The notes under the pieces: model-generated | Seen by the model: only the letters and a program-made list of their open reading frames with translations | Told to the model about the DNA's origin: nothing | The model's database searches: none | Made by a program: the position numbers and the translations under genes | NCBI GenBank assembly: GCA_963693365.1 | Contig: CAVNZM010000012.1 | Span: 7,444,001-7,508,000 of the forward strand | Direction: 5' to 3' | Source: Amoebidium appalachense | Lineage: Eukaryota > Protista > Ichthyosporea | DNA length: 64,000 nucleotides | Shown: in pieces, positions 1 to 31,620 of the stretch | How the letters are laid out: every line of letters starts with the position of its first letter | Position numbering within the stretch: position 1 is the stretch's first letter

Positions 1-67
1 ATACTGTTTGTTGTACGTGTGTGTGTGTGTGTGCATGTGTGTGTGTGGTGGTGGTGGTGGTGGTGGT

Positions 68-100
<33 letters not shown>

Positions 101-285
101 CTGGGGGGGGGTGTGTGTGTGTGTCGTGTGTGCTTGCACGTGACAGCTAGGAAGGGGAGGGGGTGGAGCGAGGTGGGTGGTGGTGGTTTTTTGGGAAGGA
201 AAGAGTTGGTGTTCGTTTGTCAGCATCGAGGAGTTATGGCAGTATTTGTCCCCCCCCCCCCCCCCCCCCCCGTTCTCCCCTCCCT

Positions 286-331
<46 letters not shown>

Positions 332-3300
332 ACCCCGTGCTCCCCCCCCGCCCCCCGGACTCGGGGGGGGGGGGGGTCAATTTGGTAGTGTCCCATTAGC
401 TCCTATTCCCCCCTTTGCCCCTTCCCCGCCCAAGATTTCCTATAGACGGGCTCTAGTTTTACTGTTGCATTCCCTCACTCAGTGCCGGTAATACTTACTG
501 TGAAGGGGGGAAGGGGGGAAGGGGGCTGGGCTCAAGAAGGGGCTAGGGTGAGATTTTAGGAGGGAAGAAGACTGTGTTGGACTGGAGGGTGTGTGTGTGG
601 TGGGGGGAGGGGGAGGGGGGGGATTCTGATCTCAGTACATGGCTTGGCGAGGGAGAGGAGCAGGAAGGGAAGGCAGGGGATACTTTTTTTCTTCTCGGGG
701 GGGGGGGGGGGGGGGGGGGGAGAGGGGAGGGGGATTGCATGCAGGGATGACATGGTGTGTAGGTATGCCTAGTGTGCGCGTGCAGGAATGTGTGTGTGTG
801 TGGGAAGGAGGGGGGCAGGGGGAGTTGTGTGTGTGTGTGTGAGTGTGTGTGTGTGTGTGCGCACGCACGCGTGTACCGCACCACTCACTCAGGTATGTAA
901 ATGTGTGTGTGTGTGTTTGTGTGTTTTCTTTGCTTGCCACGGTGATTGTGTGTGTTGTAATGTTTAACAGTGCCATGGGTGACTGTGTGAAGAGAGAGCA
1001 ATTTTTTGTGTGCGCTAGATATGCCAATCACGCATGGAGATAGATCCTTGCGTGCATGCACCATGAAGTTGATTGCCAATGTTTCTGCTCTTCCCTTCTT
1101 TAATTTATTGACATTGAAATTTCATCTTCTCATTCAAACCTGCAACTTGGGGTGCTTTAAAGCAAATTCCAATGTATGTTCGTGTGACAGTGAGTATGTG
1201 TTCTGAGATTCAATTTGTCTGTGTATGTGCTGTTCGATTCCGGTTATTGTGCACACGTGGCTGTCTGTAAATTCGTACTTCTTTTTTCCCCTTAAAACTG
1301 TGTATGTGAGGCTGAACAGCGGTATGATTTGACATAGACCGATTTCTAAGGTTCCGATTTGAATTGCAAGCGCAGAAAGGCAGTCATTATGTTTGTAGCA
1401 AACACAAGTTGATGAACATGATTTGTTTTCACGTCACCGAAGCCGTTTCTTTACCGTCTCCGCAAGGTGCAAAAAAAATTAAAAAATAGAACATCTTGCA
1501 CAATAGAGTGAAACAACCCAAACACAAGCAGTTCGGTACTCACCTTTGCCTAATCATGATGCTGAAGAATGGCTTGCCTGTTGCAACGGGAGGAGAAAAG
1601 AAGACGAAGGAAATTATTATACAGAAAGGAGAGTTGTGTGTTTATGTTTTAACCCTTGGGACTAGGTACAACTGCAGAGTTAGTTACTCAGTTAAAATAC
1701 TATAAGCGTGTTTGTAGGTCTACTCTGCAGACGCACTCTCTATATTCCAATCCATTCAAGGAATACAACCCAGACTCAACCCAGTTGGTGAAAAACACTG
1801 CCTCAGCTAAGCGCGCTACTGAATATTCGGTGTGTTGGGGTGGGTGCCACCAAGATTCTAAAAGAAAGGAAAATGAACCGCATGCATGTAAATAAAGGGG
1901 AGGACCACTATCTCCTTTCGTTATGAGGTCGCCTTTGGCAGAATCATATTTGCATGCGGGCAGGGCCGCAGGGGCCGGGGAACCATGGCCAGTTGAGTGA
2001 CTTGAGTCTTGGCCCACGTGTGAATAGGCCTCTCCGATTCACCCTGCTGCACCTGATTGGTTGTGGGTATACAATGGTACATGATGCCGCGGCCAGATCA
2101 TATTCATGTCAACCCTAAACAGAGAAAACTTTATACATACCTGAGTTACCATATTCAAAAAGAATTGCTATGAGCTTTCTATTTTGTTTTGAACATTTCA
2201 ATCAAGTAGAAAGCAATGCATATGATGGTGTTCGGCGTTGTGCAAGACTGCACGTTGTATCCCAGACATACCCACTACAAGTCTATTTTTGTACCCACGT
2301 TGAAGATTCTAATTGGTCTACTATTTTCCTCTTCAAATCTCCCAAAACACTTTCTTGGAACATGTCAAATCATTTTTTGGAGTTTTAAACTTTTAAAGAC
2401 GTCGGGCTGTTGCATGCTGTCCAATAAATAGCAATAAAACAAACATAAGAAACTCAAACATAATCGGCGTTTTGTCAATGCGTGTCCCTGTTTTGTTTGT
2501 TAGATTATCTAAAGAGTAGGCCTTAAGAGGTCGCATTTGTATAAATATTTATGAAACTCGTAATGTACCTTCACGCCCCAGCATGGGAGAGACACTTCGA
2601 GAGTTTTGAAGGATCGCGTTTGTAGGACTGGGTTGTGCGAAATCACATTTTCATTGGCCCAATGCACCCGAGTGATTGGCGCACGCGGCAGCGGCCTGGG
2701 ACCATGATTGAACCAGCTCTCTAGTGATTTAGATGCTTAATTGTTATATACCAAAAAAAAAAAGTAGGAGCAAGAGAAATGGTTATTCAGCTAACTACTA
2801 TAATTCCAAACTTAGGGGAAACAAGCATTCGATGGGTGCTATAGCAGGATCACATATGATCTGCGGCTGGTTTTCATAAGAATGTACAGCTTACGTCAAT
2901 TGGCTCTTCGGCAAGGTCATATCACGCAGTGAATATGACCCATTTGTGTTTGCCAATCACATCGTCATCAAATGATCCTGATCATCCTGTCACACTGTGT
3001 AGGCAATAGATCTGACGGTCGGGTCTTCCGAGCCCGGGCCACAATGACTCAATGCATTCAAACTATCACATGATCACCAGGGCCGGGTCACCACTCACCA
3101 GTGCCCGGCGATCATGAGTGCGCTGGCCATGCCACCGGGGCATGACGGTAAACTCCAGTTGATCCTCATGTCGCAAAAAGAAGTCACGGGCACATGTACA
3201 TGGGCGCCTCATTGGCGCCCCAGTGCACCAGTGCACCCACTCGTATTACGGTACCTAAAACACTTTGCCCACGACCGTCGTCAGCCGCAAGTTCATGGCG

Positions 3301-3787
3301 AACATACATATTACATCGTTCTCTATAACCTGACAAGCTTTGGGGGTCTGCTTGTATATTAGTTGGCTCGTGCACACAAGCGTGTCTGCAGCAGAGTCTG
3401 CAGCTGTGAGCTCGAGGTATACGTACGTAGCATGCATATGTGTGTGCATGGCTGCGCGCGCGTGTGGGTAAATTTGTGCTTGTGTGTGTACACGTGCGAG
3501 CGAGCGTGTATTGGAGATGCACACGGGGCGGTGTGTACGCGAGCTGCAGCGAGAAGGGGGAGGAGGGAAGCGGGGGAGTGAGTGTAATCATGTAAGAGGC
3601 GAGAGAGAGAGATTAGAGAGAGAGAGTGTGTGTGTGTGTGATCTAGAGAGAGAGAGCGAGCGAGAGGGGGGAGGGAGGGAGAGATCTAGAGAGAGAGAGA
3701 GAGAGACTCGGGGGGGGGGGGGGGGGAGGGAGGGAGGGAGGGAGGGAGGGAGGGAGGGAAGGACGGAGGGAGGGGGAGAGGGGGGGG

Positions 3788-3913
<126 letters not shown>

Positions 3914-4208
3914 AGGGGCCGGGGGGGGGGGGGGGGGAAGACACGCACACTGTCAGGGAGCAAGAAAGACAGAATGGGAGAGAAAAGGTCACGGCGTCTT
4001 TTTGTGTGCATAAGTGCACCGGATGTACACTCGCTTTGAGCATATTATCATTGAGTGTGCACGGTGATGTGATTTTGCGTGCCTGAGTGCACGTGTTTCA
4101 CAGTGTACGGCACACAAAGTGTGTGCATGTTTGCCGCAATAAAGCCTGCATGCGGGCGCGCATATCCGGGTGTGTGAGCGTCTGTATTCCTTCTTTGGCA
4201 TTTTGTTT

Positions 4209-4246
<38 letters not shown>

Positions 4247-5500
4247 CTGTGTGTGTGTGTGTGGGACATGTACGCTTTGGGTGCGTTCGCGTTTGTATAA
4301 GAGCACAGGGTGTCTTGCGGCTTGGTATCTCCTTGTGCACGCATGCAGGCGGGTATTTGCACGTCATCGACCAGACCTATGGGGTTTTAAACGGAGGGGG
4401 GATGCCTTCAAAATCAGGCCATGGGAGAACGAGGAGAAACCAGTGGCACACGAATTGGGAGGGGAAACGGGGAGAGAGGGAGGGGGGAGAGGGGGGAGGG
4501 GGGAAAGGTTTAAACTACTCCGAGTCGTGCAATGTTGTAACATGTACAGCAACTTTAATTTGCCTAATTACACTGCCCCCGCACCATTTCTGGCTATCCT
4601 TGCAAACCGTGCTGTGTTTACCCCCTCACCCCCCACCCCACACCCCCCCCCCCCCTCCCCCCCCCCACCGCCCCTCTTCTCCCCCTCTCCCCTTCACTCA
4701 CCCCTTCCCCCCCTCCCATCCCTTCTGTTTATATTCCCCAAACCCACGGCCAACTCCACAAAGCTTTGGGACATACCAGATTCATTCTGTCTTAGGATCT
4801 TGATTCCAAATAGAGTCACACGGTACCTCTATTCAGCATTTTTTAACTTTTTTTGGTGTTCCTGTGCACAAGCTGATGCAAAATAGACACGCGCAACTCA
4901 AATGAAGCGCATTACCAGAGCCAATAGACGATCCAATTTCTTGACTTCTAGATTTCACTATGTAAGTTTCAGATGCGCACATTCACTAGACTATGCCACA
5001 GTGTGGCACTAGCCAAGTGTACAAGCGAGAACCCCGTTTCACACTGCTCCTCTCCTCAGAGATCATCAGCACAGTCGAACGTTTCCACACAATTGGGTCA
5101 CGTAAATAAAACCATGCCACTGCGGCACAAAGACATTTCTCCTCAATTTGGCGCACAAATATATATCATATGTCATGTATATCAGCAAGGCTACGGCACC
5201 ACAGTGAAACAAAAGTATCAGATAGAGTACAGTACGTCAGTTAAAGCCATCTTCCCCATTGGCCACGGTTCCATTTTTTCCAAAGAACATGCAAGCCGTT
5301 TTCCGGGAAGGGCAGCCGAGCTCGAGGTGCTCTCTGAGCACAGTTCTAATAACACAACAAGGGATTCCTTTACACCAAAACGATTCATTGGCAGCCAACA
5401 GAGCTGAGCTATGTATAAAGCAGAATGTTTGGTTCCCCTGAATTCAGCCTAGCTGCTTCACGGGTCATGAGGGAGGGAAACAAAAAAACAAACAAACAAC

Positions 5501-5531
<31 letters not shown>

Positions 5532-6956
5532 GGGGGGGGGGGGGGGGACACCGTTGAAACGTTTAGTGATCATGAGCGTTGCGCCCCTGAACCTGGACTG
5601 CCTCCCGGGCCCGGTGGAGGAGGGAAAAAAAAAAAAAAAAAAAAAAAAAAAGAAGAAGAAGAAGAAGAAGGAAAAACTTTTTTTCTTTTGACTGGATTTA
5701 TTCGACAGAAAGATATGACAAGTATGCACGGCATACTGAGAAGACAATAAAAAACTTCACGAGTTATCCAGTAGCAAGTGCATACTGAGATACCTGAACA
5801 CTGTGTGAAAATCATATAAATACTCAATGTGACGACCAACAGAATTCAACAAAAAGTCTAAAGTGTTCACATTGCCAGCTAGTGTAGCAGATACCCGGAG
5901 GGAAAGAGGTAAAACGCGACATAAAAATTCACACCTATCAACATGCTTGCGATTAAAAAGGTCAGCACAAAAGTGGCACCAGCGGCGATGAAAACAAGAA
6001 TTACAGCGCCACTGCACAACTTCCCAGGCAATATCAACATCAGAGCACCATACAGACTTATCTACAAGGGTGGTATCCATACGTACAGTAGGAGAAATGT
6101 ATCCTGCCAAAGCTCCCAAAAAGCGATAATGATCAGTACGGTGTTGCCTAAGGAACATAACACATGCCGACTGAGTTTTACCTTTGATTTCTCTATCAGA
6201 ACGAGAAAGAAACTTATACTGCGTATGGTAATAACGCGAAAAGGCAGAAAAAACAGGAAGAGAAAAGAAAGAGGGAGTGAGATAGCGAGAGGAAGAATCA
6301 GGTGGAAAGAGGGTAGGCTGAGGACATTCAGAAGTAGCGTTGGTGAATCGGGGGGAAAGAGGGATGGAGGGAGGGGGGGGAAAGAAAGCATAAAGAGGGT
6401 GACCATCAGGTAGCCTAACTAAATGAAAACAAAAACGAAGAGACAATTCCTCCATACGACAAACAGCAGACGACAATCCAAACATACTGATTAAGGGAGG
6501 CACAAACCGAGTACGAAACAAGGAAAAACGAAATTTCACATGCCCCAAGCTTCTCATTTTCACGGTACTTGCACAGTACGCATTTACTCAAATTTCTGTG
6601 TGTTAACGTACGCGTTTCACTCAATGATTTCTGTGACTCTATTCATATTAGGTCACCTTTATTGAGGTTTTTTTTAGTTGTGGCAGCAGAGATATCAACT
6701 TATCGTTTTCACTCCTGCCTTTAGTGTTTATTTGTATTTTTATACCTTTGGGTCGACGTCCGTATTCCAGTGAGCCTACTTCTGATTTGAGTGACTCGAA
6801 AATCGTCTCTCGAGATATCTGGGATATCTCTTTTTCGTGTCCTTGGAACATTGAGCACATCAATAAAGTCATTATAAAAAAAAAAGAAATTTCTATTTTG
6901 CTGAGCATATCAATAAAGTCGTTAGAAAAAATAAAAAAATTCACATCGATATAGTC

Positions 6957-7006
<50 letters not shown>

Positions 7007-8041
7007 TCACACAGTGTCACACCGTTCTGTGATCTGCTGTTCGTCGTCATCTGCATTCCTGAGACACCGATTGGCGTAAAATGGCGTTTCAAAGCTGATT
7101 GGACAGAACGTGATGCTGGGCATTGCTGGCTGTGGCTCCCTCCACCCTCACAGCTTCTGGCCAAAAAATGTAAAAAATGAATTTACAAACAAGTCAATAA
7201 GAAGAATATATAAATCTTTTTCTTATAAAAGGAATTTTGACACGTTTTTTAGACACAAAAACAATATATTACTTGCGTATATTGTATTATAATCTTTCTT
7301 TACCTACTGGTGATAGCTAAAGAATCAATATACGATTATTAGGCCAAATAAAATTACCGGTTCCGCTTAAAAACCTGAGGAGTCAAGGTGTATTTTGTCG
7401 ATTCAATCAGGCAATTAACTCACGGCAATGCCTCATTCTCCCTACATCCAATCAAACAAGTTATACTCATTTTGTTATCTACTAAACAATTTATAAATGT
7501 TAGTAAAAGAGCTTACAAGAAGAGCTTTACACTATGTTATCACGACAATATTTCGCTGCCGCATAAGACATTCCAAGCTGCGGCACCATATGACAATTAG
7601 TCTAAAAAAGCATGTCGACTTTTCATTTAGTATACATGACATTCATTTAATCTACGGCCTGCGTTTTGACGTCATTGTATTTGGACTACAAGTTCGGGTG
7701 AGTGCCGTCTGACTGTAGTACACTGTACCACGCGTCCGCTGTCCGCCATCAATTCGTTGTGTGCTCGAAACGAGGAGTGGGTTGTTTAGATACCTATGTT
7801 GTACCTACATGTTTTCATAGCGAAACAATGCACCACAGACAGGCAAGAAGTGGTTTCTTTATAGTGTTAAGCTAGTGTTTTCTCTCTGCAGCAGCAATAC
7901 AGCATAGGTTACCAGCCCTCTCCGGGCTTTGCCACAACAACATGCAAGCGAACACATAGTGCCAGCTACGTCACCCGATTTTTTATTTTTTATTTTTGCT
8001 TGTTGGAACTAGTGTGTGCTGTGTGTTTAGTAGGTTAGAGA

Positions 8042-9284
8042 ATGTGCGACTGCAGTGCGTTTTCGACACTTTCACAATGGCTGCAAGGAAAGGTAGCACC
8101 CTTGCCAGAACAAGATACCAAAAAATCTGTGGCAAAACCCGTTTTCCCAAATCGCCTTGCGGACGCAACAACACAACAGCCCGACACGGTTAGAAAACCC
8201 AACAATTTTCCTGGAGGGACGTTAGAACTAGAACGCTTCCTCGTGGTTGAAAAGGACATAGGTAAAGGCTCTACCAGTGCGGTACATGCGGCCATTGATC
8301 TAAACACCGGCGCAAAAGTCGCCATGAAACGCATGCCTCGAAATGCGAGCAATTGTTTGCAAATCCTGCGGGAACGCGACACTCACAAGCTAGCGAGCGC
8401 AACGGGCCACCCACACATAGTAAAATGCATCGACGTATATGAAGACGGCCACAAAATGACCCTCATTCTCGAATACTTGCAAGGGGGCGATCTTCTAGAT
8501 TACATCCCGCCCGACGAGGGATTGCAGGTGCAAGAGGTACTTCGATTCTCCGAGCACCTACTATGTGCACTCGTACATTTGCACGATCTCGGAATAGCGC
8601 ACAGGGATATAAAACCCGAAAATTGCCTCCTTTCAAGTGATAAACAGACGCTGAAGTTGTGTGATTTTGGGCACGCGGTTTGCGACACTTCTACGATACT
8701 TCTGTCGGAAAACTGCGGTACTCTTCCTTACATGTCGCCGGAAATGGTTGCCAGGCGCGTGGTAGATTTTTCGAACGGCCGATGTTTGGAGTGCAGGATG
8801 TGTAATTTTTGCCATGGCAACTGGGAGGTTTCCTTGGTGCCTGGCTGCAAACACAAACAGTGAATACCTACTGTACGCACAAGGGAAACATAGCGCGGAG
8901 GAGGGCAAGAGGTGGGCGAAACTTGACCCGCAACTGCGAGAAATAATTGAACTCATGTTGGTGATCGATCCAAAAAAACGGGCGACGGCTAAAGAGGTGC
9001 TTGAAATGATCCGCGAAAGAATACGAAATTTGAATCTCGGAAATGCTGAGGTGGTAATGACGAGTCAAGAGAAATCAGATGGTGGGACGATAACGTTTGA
9101 AACACCGAAAGAGGAAAAAGATCAGGCGGAAATTTGCGAGAAAGAGGACGAGAAGTGGACTGTCACAGAGAACGACATCGTGGGTAGGATTGGTGTCGAC
9201 AGTTTGGAGACAATGGGCATGAAGGACGGGTTGAAGGAACGACGGATGGGTGAGGCGCCATCAGTGGCGTCTGCCTGTATTTAA
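8042..9284 (+). CDS. Intronless Ser/Thr protein kinase (CAMK-group/SBK/RAN1-like), split by a 1-nt frameshift at 8767-8771
   Basis: ORF 8042-8863 has IGKGSTSAV, VAMK, HRDIKPEN, DFG and GTLPYMSPE. Removing one T from GATTTTTCGA gives DFRTADVWSAGCVIFAMATGRFPW, which joins ORF 8814-9284 (subdomains IX-XI: MLVIDPKKRATAKEVL). Confidence 0.9.
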
Positions 9285-9611
9285 ATGTTTGTTTGTTTTT
9301 TTTTTTTTTTTTTTTGGGGGGGGGGGGGGGGGGCGGTCCCAAAGGAATTCTTTGCTGCATTTAGTGTTTCCGTGGTGGGTGATGGATTCATGGTAGCTGC
9401 TGTTTGAGTTTAGCAATATTTGTTTAATATCGAAGGTGGAAGGATGTGTTCTGTACGACCAGCTAAGTGTTTTGCATGAAGCTCAGGAAAACGGTGTCTG
9501 TGTGTGTGTGCGTGTGCGTATGGGTGTGTGTGTGTTACTTTTTCTCTGATGTAGTTATTATTATCATTATATTATTATTGTTCCTACTGCTATTATTGTG
9601 TGCCTCTGTGT

Positions 9612-9678
<67 letters not shown>

Positions 9679-10579
9679 CGTAGGTATCTGATGTGCCAGT
9701 TAATTCATTTCTATCTTTCTTTCTTTTTTCCTTTTTTTGCTGAATGGGTTAACCTTTTGAGCGTGATAGTTTATGAACCTATATCATGTAATAGTACCAC
9801 ACCTTCACATGATTGCCACTCCTAATACTGTGACATATATACCTTAACGCGCGAGTACACACACCAGAACTCCTACGTATGCATGTGGATAAAGCATGAA
9901 ACAGAAATTAGCCAAGATGCAAATAAAGTGCATGGAATTCGAGATATGTTTATAATGTATATCCATGTGTATCCATGTATATGATCATACGTTTTTAAGT
10001 ATATCTCACTTCATAGCCCGCTATTGGTTGGTCCATATATATAAATATTTATCGATGGATCTAACAATGATGAATGAAAAATACTCTCTGCCTGGTTGCA
10101 CTTATAAAATCACACAGCCCCCTATGTTGTCTGTCATGAATGTGCACTTCAGCTCCACCCCGCGTTACCCTCCCCCCCCTCCCCCCCCCCCCCCCCCCCC
10201 CCCCAGCTGTCGCCGACGTGCACGCACGTAGGAACGTATAACCATGGGTTCAGGAGATACACATCCACACACCCGGCCGCAATCACTTGCAGACAAACCC
10301 ATTTACACCACAAGTTCCCGAGCGCTTTGATTTGGTTTGCCTATATAAGGCAACATTACTTGTTAATCCCGGGGTTAATTGTATGCATTTGCCACAAGAG
10401 GTACACAGACCAGAGATGCATGATGGCAGGTGTTACCCAATCAAAATTAGCCTACTATTTATGCGTCAAAGTTTTTGGCAAGTGCCTAACCATAAAACGT
10501 TCTGTACCCTTGCTGGCTAACTTTTTTAGCTGCAGCGCTGCCTGCAGCTGCAGTATATAACTTATTTCTACATGTACAA

Positions 10580-10610
<31 letters not shown>

Positions 10611-10677
10611 TCCCTTTTTTTCCTCTTCCAATATTGTTAATAGTATTTTTCTTTTTTGTACCTGGTCCAACGTGTGT

Positions 10678-10709
<32 letters not shown>

Positions 10710-10790
10710 GGGGGGATATGTCACGGTGCTGTTCATTCTGCAGCTGAAAGCTCAGATTTGCTGACACACACACAGACACACAGACACACA

Positions 10791-10853
<63 letters not shown>

Positions 10854-11052
10854 ATGCGCGCGTATTTGCACTTAGCTTACAGTGTCGACGTCACTCACAA
10901 ACGCGGGGGGGGGGGAAGGGGGGGGGGGGGGGGGGGGGGGGGGGACGCATGCACACACACACACACGCACACACACGCACGCACACGCACACACACGCAC
11001 ACAAACACGTAACACAAACACACACACACACACACACACACCGTGGCGCGTG

Positions 11053-11105
<53 letters not shown>

Positions 11106-11602
11106 CCACTAGCACTGAGTCACACACCTTATTCCAAATTCTTAAGTGCACTCACCTAGCAGGTGTCCGTAACGGTTTTTAATGTTGTTTTAAAAAATGT
11201 TCCACAATTTCTTACACTCATGAACAGCAATTACAATAGTGACCTAAGTGCCCTTCGAAACTAATTAACACTAAGATTAAATTCACACTGCATGCATTGG
11301 CAGTATGTAACCCGTTCAGGTAACACTATTATTCCCATTTCTTATCGTATAATTCCACTAAAGTAACATATGTACAAACCTAGACTGAGCTAATATTGCC
11401 CTTTGCGCATGCAGAACAGTCCTTCTTCAGTTCGTTTGATGGTTTAAGTTCAATACTACAAATACATCTATATCGAGCATTACAACAACATCCATGTACT
11501 GCGATATGCAAACCGTAATCAATAAATGCAGCATCCCTTTAATCCTCTGAAATAGTAGTCACTCAACCGGCTGCTAGTTAAAGGGGACCAAACCCCCCCC
11601 CC

Positions 11603-11634
<32 letters not shown>

Positions 11635-11824
11635 ATGCCGAACCACTTAAAGTTTAAAATGTTTTATATACAAACGTTCACTCAAGCCCCCAGAATTTTG
11701 TAATACTACTATACAACATTCATTTTCCTTTTCTCTGGACCTTCAAACACTATCACGAATTAAAGTCATGCACACGGATCACTAACAAAGCAATATTCAG
11801 TTCATTCCCATTCAACATCGCTCA

Positions 11825-11863
<39 letters not shown>

Positions 11864-11986
11864 CCCACCCATTTCTTTTTTGCTTTCTTTATTTTTACCT
11901 TTCCTTTTTTTTTCTTTTCTTTCTTCCTTTCTTTTTTCTCCCGGTTTGTCGTCGATGTTCTTTTCCACTGGCAGACCTAAATCAAT

Positions 11987-12020
<34 letters not shown>

Positions 12021-12118
12021 ACAAATTATAAAAATGAAAAATAAAAATAAAATAAAAATAAAATATAACAGATGCCTCACTTATCCCAGGATGTCCAAGG
12101 CCCAGATACTTCCGTGGC

Positions 12119-28877
<16,759 letters not shown>

Positions 28878-29419
28878 TTATTCCTTTTAAACACACTGAT
28901 TTAGTGCTCCCATGCTCAAAAACTACCAGAAAACGCTTTTTCTTAACATGTGTGACAGGAATCCCTTTCGCTTTCCTCGTTCGAAACGCCCCAACTCTAA
29001 AACGTAACAATAGCACGGCACCTTTATCGGACTTTCAGAGCCGCTCCCTCTCAATGAATGTTCATATAATATACAGGAAACTCGTGCAGCTGAGGTCAAT
29101 TGCGGTCTTGGTTGCGTTTTATGTAGGCCCCTTTAAAAAATGTGCTAGTTTACACTGTCCTGGTGAGCTGCCGATCCTTCAAGACTTCGGGACAGAATGA
29201 AACGTCAATCCCCAAAAGGTCACTTTCCTAGATCCAGTCACCCAAATGAAGTATTAGACGAGTCTATATTCGCGCGCCAGCAACAAGAAAACCACAAGAT
29301 CTTAGCTTCGTTTTGAGCAAAAGACATGACTATGTATAGCTAAAGGAAAGCAGCTGGGCATGCAGCTGGAGAAAGGGGAACTACATACGCAGAAATCGCG
29401 ATAATCTTGAAGGGTCAAA

Positions 29420-29520
29420 CTAGATTGGCTGCAATAAAATAAGGGTGCAAAGTTATCCAATCAGATGTAAGGATCTCTAATCGCCCGTAGAGGCCCGGTT
29501 TGAGATTCGCTGATTCGGCT
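29420..29520 (-). promoter_or_regulatory. CCAAT-box cluster, probable promoter of the DIL-domain gene
   Basis: GATTGGCT (~29423), ATCCAATCAG (~29455) and variants lie in non-repetitive DNA ~550-650 bp upstream of the ATG at 28877. Confidence 0.4.
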
Positions 29521-30335
29521 GTGTGACTCACTGTGTATGTGTCAGTGTGTGTACATACATGTACACATGCATGCATGTGTGTGTGTGTGTGTGTGTGTGT
29601 GCTTCAGTGTGACATGTGTGCCAGTGTCAAAGACGTTTTTGAGTGTGCGTGTGCGTGCGGACATACAGCGTGCGGCGTGCTTGCTGCACCGTGTGTGTGT
29701 TATGTGCGGCCAATAAAGTGCAATCATTCCCCAATATATTAATACGCACTTATCATAGGTTGCAATATTTGTTGGCCATGGGGTACTAGCTATAGTAGTA
29801 CTACCACGCCCGGCGCCGGACGGTATTATTATTGGCCTACGCCGTGATGTGTTCCATCATCGATCATTATCATGCAATCACCCACACACGTGCACACACA
29901 CGCGCACACACACATGTACACGTGCACACACACACACACTGCACACGTGCATGTGCACACACACACACACACATACACACATCAGATACCCTTACTTGTG
30001 CCATGTCATCCTGTAGCGAGAGTTTGCTTGAGGGTGAGGTGTAGGGTGTGAATAATGAATAAAGCTGGCATTGGGCAGCAAAGTTATATGGTAAGTAAAT
30101 GTGATGGTATGATGGTCTGGATGCAAAGACTCATAGACAGTGATATTATCATTTTATTCAGATTTTGACAGAGCATGTCGAAGATTATAGAATTATTAGG
30201 CTTAGGCCAAATTTTATTAAATGTGCACATATGCATAGTATGCATAGCATGGTGGCGACAGAGAAAAAAAGAAACACCTTATGTCATTTGCAATAAGTGC
30301 CCCACCGCAGAGGTTGTACAAGTGATTCGCGTCGC

Positions 30336-30381
<46 letters not shown>

Positions 30382-30741
30382 AAACCCATTCTTTTGTGGA
30401 GGCACAGGAACCGGGCTATTGCCATCGATGGGCTCTGGCAAGTGTCTTCTGCCTGCACACTTTTTAATTATTCTGTTTTATGGTTAGATTTCCGGGCCTT
30501 TTGTTTTTGTGGGGACCCATAAACTAGTCTTGTCCTTTGGTGTTTTTGAACTTATAATGCAAAAATCTCTCCTCAACCCCCCTCCCCCCCCCCTCCCCCC
30601 CTCCCCCTCCCCCCCCCTCTCCCCCAACCCCCCTTCAAACCCAAAGACCAACCCCTTCAGCCCAAAGTCACCGGGTTGATGCTATTCTGTGAGGCTGCCA
30701 GGGCCGGGGGAGGTTGCCCCCACGTGGGAGGGGGGGGGGGG

Positions 30742-31620
30742 GAGGGGGGGTAATTGCACGTCCGTGCACATCCCGATCCGCTCGGGAATGATATGGTACA
30801 ACATACATCGACCTGTTTTCTCACCCACCCCTTCCTCATGGTCAGGGAACAGGAAATGGAAGAAAAGAATGTGTTCAAGTTGGGGATAGGAGGGGAGGAG
30901 AGGAAGGAGAAACCCCAGAGCTCGGGAGGTGGTGGTGGGGAGAGGTGGAGGGAGGAGGCTCAGGAGGGGTGGATGGAGGGGGGAGGGGGGAGGAGGGGGG
31001 GGGGGGGGGGGAGGGGAGGGGAATAAGGCATTCGTAAGAGGGTTTGTCTTATTCAATGGCAGTTTTAGGCCAGATTCACCCCGGCAGGGAGAGGCTGTCG
31101 GATTGTGAGGGAGTAAGAAGGCATCTGCCTAGGACTAGGGGAGGGGGAGCTCCGGAGGGAGGGGGGGGGGGGGGGGGGGGGGGAGGGGGGGGGGTAATTG
31201 CACGTCCGTGCACATCCCGATCCGCTCGGGAATGATATGGTACAACATACATCGACCTGTTTTCTCACCCACCCCTTCCTCATGGTCAGGGAACAGGAAA
31301 TGGAAGAAAAGAATGTGTTCAAGTTGGGGATAGGAGGGGAGGAGAGGAAGGAGAAACCCCAGAGCTCGGGAGGTGGTGGTGGGGAGAGGTGGAGGGAGGA
31401 GGCTCAGGAGGGGTGGATGGAGGGGGGGAGGGGGGAGGAGGGGGGGGGGGGGGGGGGGGGGAGGGGGAGGGGAATAAGGCATTCGTAAGAGGGTTTGTCT
31501 TATTCAATGGCAGTTTTAGGCCAGATTCACCCCGGCAGGGAGAGGCTGTCGGATTGTGAGGGAGTAAGAAGGCATCTGCCTAGGACTAGGGGAGGGGGAG
31601 CTCCGGAGGGAGGGGGGGGG
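30742..31620. repeat. Near-perfect ~445-450 bp tandem duplication bounded by G tracts
   Basis: TAATTGCACGTCCGTGCACATCC at 30751 and 31195; GAATAAGGCATTCG at 31021 and 31472. Differences I can see are confined to G-rich runs. Confidence 0.9.

Noticed and set aside
5757-6563. Overlapping 268-aa (-) and 156-aa (+) ORFs
   Set aside because: Purine-skewed composition and no recognisable motif.
6648-7055. Two phase-compatible minus-strand exon candidates (MQMTTNSRSQN|GHEKEISQISRETIFESLK...)
   Set aside because: No recognisable homology or convincing continuation; cannot be supported without RNA data.
8759-8765. 7-nt GTGGTAG 'intron' that would restore the kinase frame
   Set aside because: Far too short for the spliceosome; a T-run indel is simpler.
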